Shown here one piece after another: positions 61,601 through 64,000 of a stretch of DNA of 64,000 bases. The DNA is from Macrostomum lignano (lineage: Eukaryota): positions 44,974-108,973 of the forward strand of contig NIVC01003258.1 in assembly GCA_002269645.1 (NCBI GenBank), read 5' to 3'. Each line of letters opens with the position of its first letter. The first letter of the stretch is position 1. The position numbers and the translations under genes were made by a program. A model generated the notes under the pieces. That model did no database searches, had not been told where the DNA came from, and was given only the letters and a program-made list of their open reading frames with translations.

Positions 61601-63311
61601 GTCTCTTCTCTTCTCTCTTTTCTATTCTCTCCATTCTCTCTTTTCTCCTTTCCTTGCTCCTTTCATCTCTCTCCTCTCTCCTCACTCTCTTCTCCTTTCG
61701 CTTCTCTCTCCTCTCTCTCCTCTCATCTTTACTACCTTATTTATATCTTCTCCCTAGTCTTTCGTCTGTAGTCTCTCCTGTCTCCTCTCTCCCCTCCTCT
61801 CTCATCCCTCATCTCCTCATCTCACTCTTTCTTTCTCCTCTACTCTCCCCTCTCTTATATTGCCTCTGTACGCTCTTATCCCTCATCTATTCTCTCTCCT
61901 ATCATCTCCAATCTGTCATGTCTAATCTCTCCACTCAATTATACTCTGTTTTCTATCATCTCTTCTCTCTTCTCTTTTCAGTCTTCTCTTTACTCTCTTC
62001 TCTGACTGATTGAAGATGCCAAATCCATCAAGATCCTCTCCGCGAAGCAAAAATCCTGTCTGTGCAACTAAAAACCATCGAAATCCTCTCAGTGAAACTG
62101 GACTCCTTCGAAATCCTCTCCTTGAAACTTAAATCCATCAAAATTGTTTCCATAAAACAGAAATCAATCATAAATTATCTCCGCGAAACAGAAAGCCTCT
62201 CCGTGAAGCTGAACATGATCGAAATCCTCTCCGTGAAACTGAACACCATGGAAATCCTTTCGTGAAACTGAACATCATCGAAATCCTCTCCACGAAACAG
62301 AAATCTTCTCCGTCAGAATTTAAACATTGAAATCGTCTCCGCTAAACTTGACTTAATCGAATTTTTTCCGTCAAACAACTCAACTCGCCAGATTCATTAG
62401 GGTTAGGGTTAGGGTTAGGGTTAGGGTTAGAACTACGCACAGCTTCGTGTTAAAAGGCACAGATAAAAATATTGAACTAATTGAATCAATTCATTGCGCA
62501 ACCGATTTCACAGTCAGTCAGTATCAGCCTCAGGTAAAGTTAACAAAAACATTGCGCAATCTAAATCGACCCTCCAATACACAGCAGCAGTGAGAAGTTG
62601 AACCCTCCCCCCAACAATCTTTGCAGATTAAAGTACAATCTTTGCAGAAAGTTAAAGCTGTGCTTTTTCTTTTCATATTTAAAGCAAACAACTTATATCC
62701 CCGAACTCAGCGTTGCAAGATCTTGCCAGCAATATAAGTTTCTCCTCTCAAAGTTTAAAACTCGAGGAACAGTTAGCGTTTGAAACTGTCTGATTTATAG
62801 CATTGAAGTATCGAGTGTACGTTCACTGCCTGCTTGAAAGTTGATGCATTGAATTTCAATGTCCAACAAATACACAGGACTGCCCATTGAAAGGCAGGAA
62901 AACTTATCAGTAGCCATATCATTGCGCAATTATCTATAAAGTCAGCCAGTGAGCCAGGGTCCAAGTGTACACACGCAGCCACTGAGAACGCTCCCACCCC
63001 CACTGGAAAGAAAATACACTACAGAGATAGGGAAAAGTTGTGGCGCAATCACTAAAAATTCATGCATTTTTCAGCTCCAAGCAGAAAGAGGGGACAATTA
63101 AGATTATTAAAGGTCAAGACCGCCGTTTTCTGCTTTTTTGAGGATCTTAGAAATTAAAATTTCAGAATTAAAATAGCCTATAGCCGACCTCGGATAATTT
63201 CCAATCTTCCCATATAAGTTTCAACGCTGAGTTGCCACTATTCAAGGAGGAGTTGTCGAAATGACACACACACACACAGACAGACAAAACAACACGTCAA
63301 ATTTAGATATC

Positions 63312-63316
<5 letters not shown>
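37691..63316 (-). mobile_element. Head-to-tail tandem array of a non-autonomous Helitron-like element (11 complete units of about 1.65-2.8 kb plus 1 partial)
   Basis: On the minus strand each unit starts with TCTATATATACTAAAG or a shortened variant, then a (TGTC)n/(TG)n microsatellite, then ACAACTCCTCC...TATAGGCTATTTT. It ends with a hairpin CTCCTCC-GAA-GGAGGAG, followed in the best-preserved junctions by TTCCACTCG. Hairpins (+ coordinates) start at 37848, 40168, 42631, 45302, 47744, 49393, 51039, 53344, 55552, 58359 and 61143. The last 5' end at about 63316 abuts a (GATA)n tract and has no hairpin beyond it. Confidence 0.75.
38749..62430 (+). repeat. Eleven short interstitial telomere-type (TTAGGG)4-5 tracts, one per array unit
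   Basis: Tracts start at about 38749, 41182, 43884, 46602, 48442, 50093, 52403, 54596, 56922, 59720 and 62397. Confidence 0.95.
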
Positions 63317-63356
<40 letters not shown>

Positions 63357-63385
63357 GAAGATAGATAGAGATAGATAGATAGAGA
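63313..63385. repeat. (GATA)n microsatellite
   Basis: Direct reading. Confidence 0.95.
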
Positions 63386-64000
63386 TGGCACCACTTTTAG
63401 TATTAAGATTGCATCACACCTCGGCCCCCATGTACGCCACCCCCGTCGTCCATCCATCGGTTACCTTCCCCTTAAATGTACGTTCAACCCCCCCCCCTTC
63501 TCTTAACTATGCAAATCAATGAAATCGGCTTATCAGCTATTTGGGCTCGCGCACGGGCACTCTAGCTCCATCCCTCTCTCGGTAACTACAAACTTCAATT
63601 AAGCGTTTTCAACTCTACTTTATTTGCCACTAAAAGTCACAACAGTACGAGTATCTGGTTTGCAATATCTTACTTTGTAACAGGTGCGCTTTACTTCTGG
63701 ATTGAACATACTTTTCGGTTAAGTATCATTTGAAGCTTTGAAAAGTATTAATGGAGAGAGCTAGGCAAAGCTCAGCATATAAATTTCCCAATGTTTTGTC
63801 TTTTTGCTACGCTAAAAAGGTTTTTCGACAAAATGTAGAGGAATTCGGTTCAGAAAATTAAAAAAAATTACAGCCAGGAAACTTAGGAACAGTTTTGCCT
63901 GCTTGCCGTCTCCAGCATTTCAGTAAAAGTAGATAAGTCAACTTTAATAAAATTCTTCAAAAAGCATTATCTTCCTTTTTTGCAACTAAAAGACCGGGAC

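Noticed and set aside
38400-62290. Recurrent MQLKTIEILSVKL... ORF in each array unit, LRR-like periodicity
   Set aside because: Arises from a ~30-bp internal minisatellite, is frameshifted differently among units, and has no ATG start. A captured exon cannot be fully excluded.
38749-62430. True chromosome end
   Set aside because: Tracts are only 4-5 units, internal and embedded in repeat units.

Overview
Animal (metazoan) genomic DNA with spliceosomal introns. The GC-rich exons, minisatellite-filled introns and TTAGGG tracts suggest the flatworm Macrostomum lignano (inference only; no search run). Bases 1-28.2 kb hold four multi-exon genes reconstructed exon by exon with consistent GT-AG phases: an RCBTB1/2-like gene (+, 5' end outside the window), an ankyrin-repeat gene (+), PRPF31 (-) and GCLC (-). 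A full-length DD34D mariner lies between the first two. 14 of the 15 visible introns of these four genes carry a tandem repeat. 28.2-37 kb is AT-rich. It contains a 297-bp hAT-type MITE carrying a 28S rRNA fragment altered at the R2/I-PpoI target site, an orphan CCAAT/TATA promoter, a candidate two-exon secreted orphan gene and a broken THAP/P-element transposase. After a 723-N gap, 37.7-63.3 kb is a head-to-tail array of 11 complete units (1.6-2.8 kb) plus one partial unit. It has the terminal signatures of a non-autonomous Helitron on the minus strand, and every complete unit carries a short (TTAGGG)4-5 tract. Most long ORFs in the supplied track are artefacts of tandem repeats.
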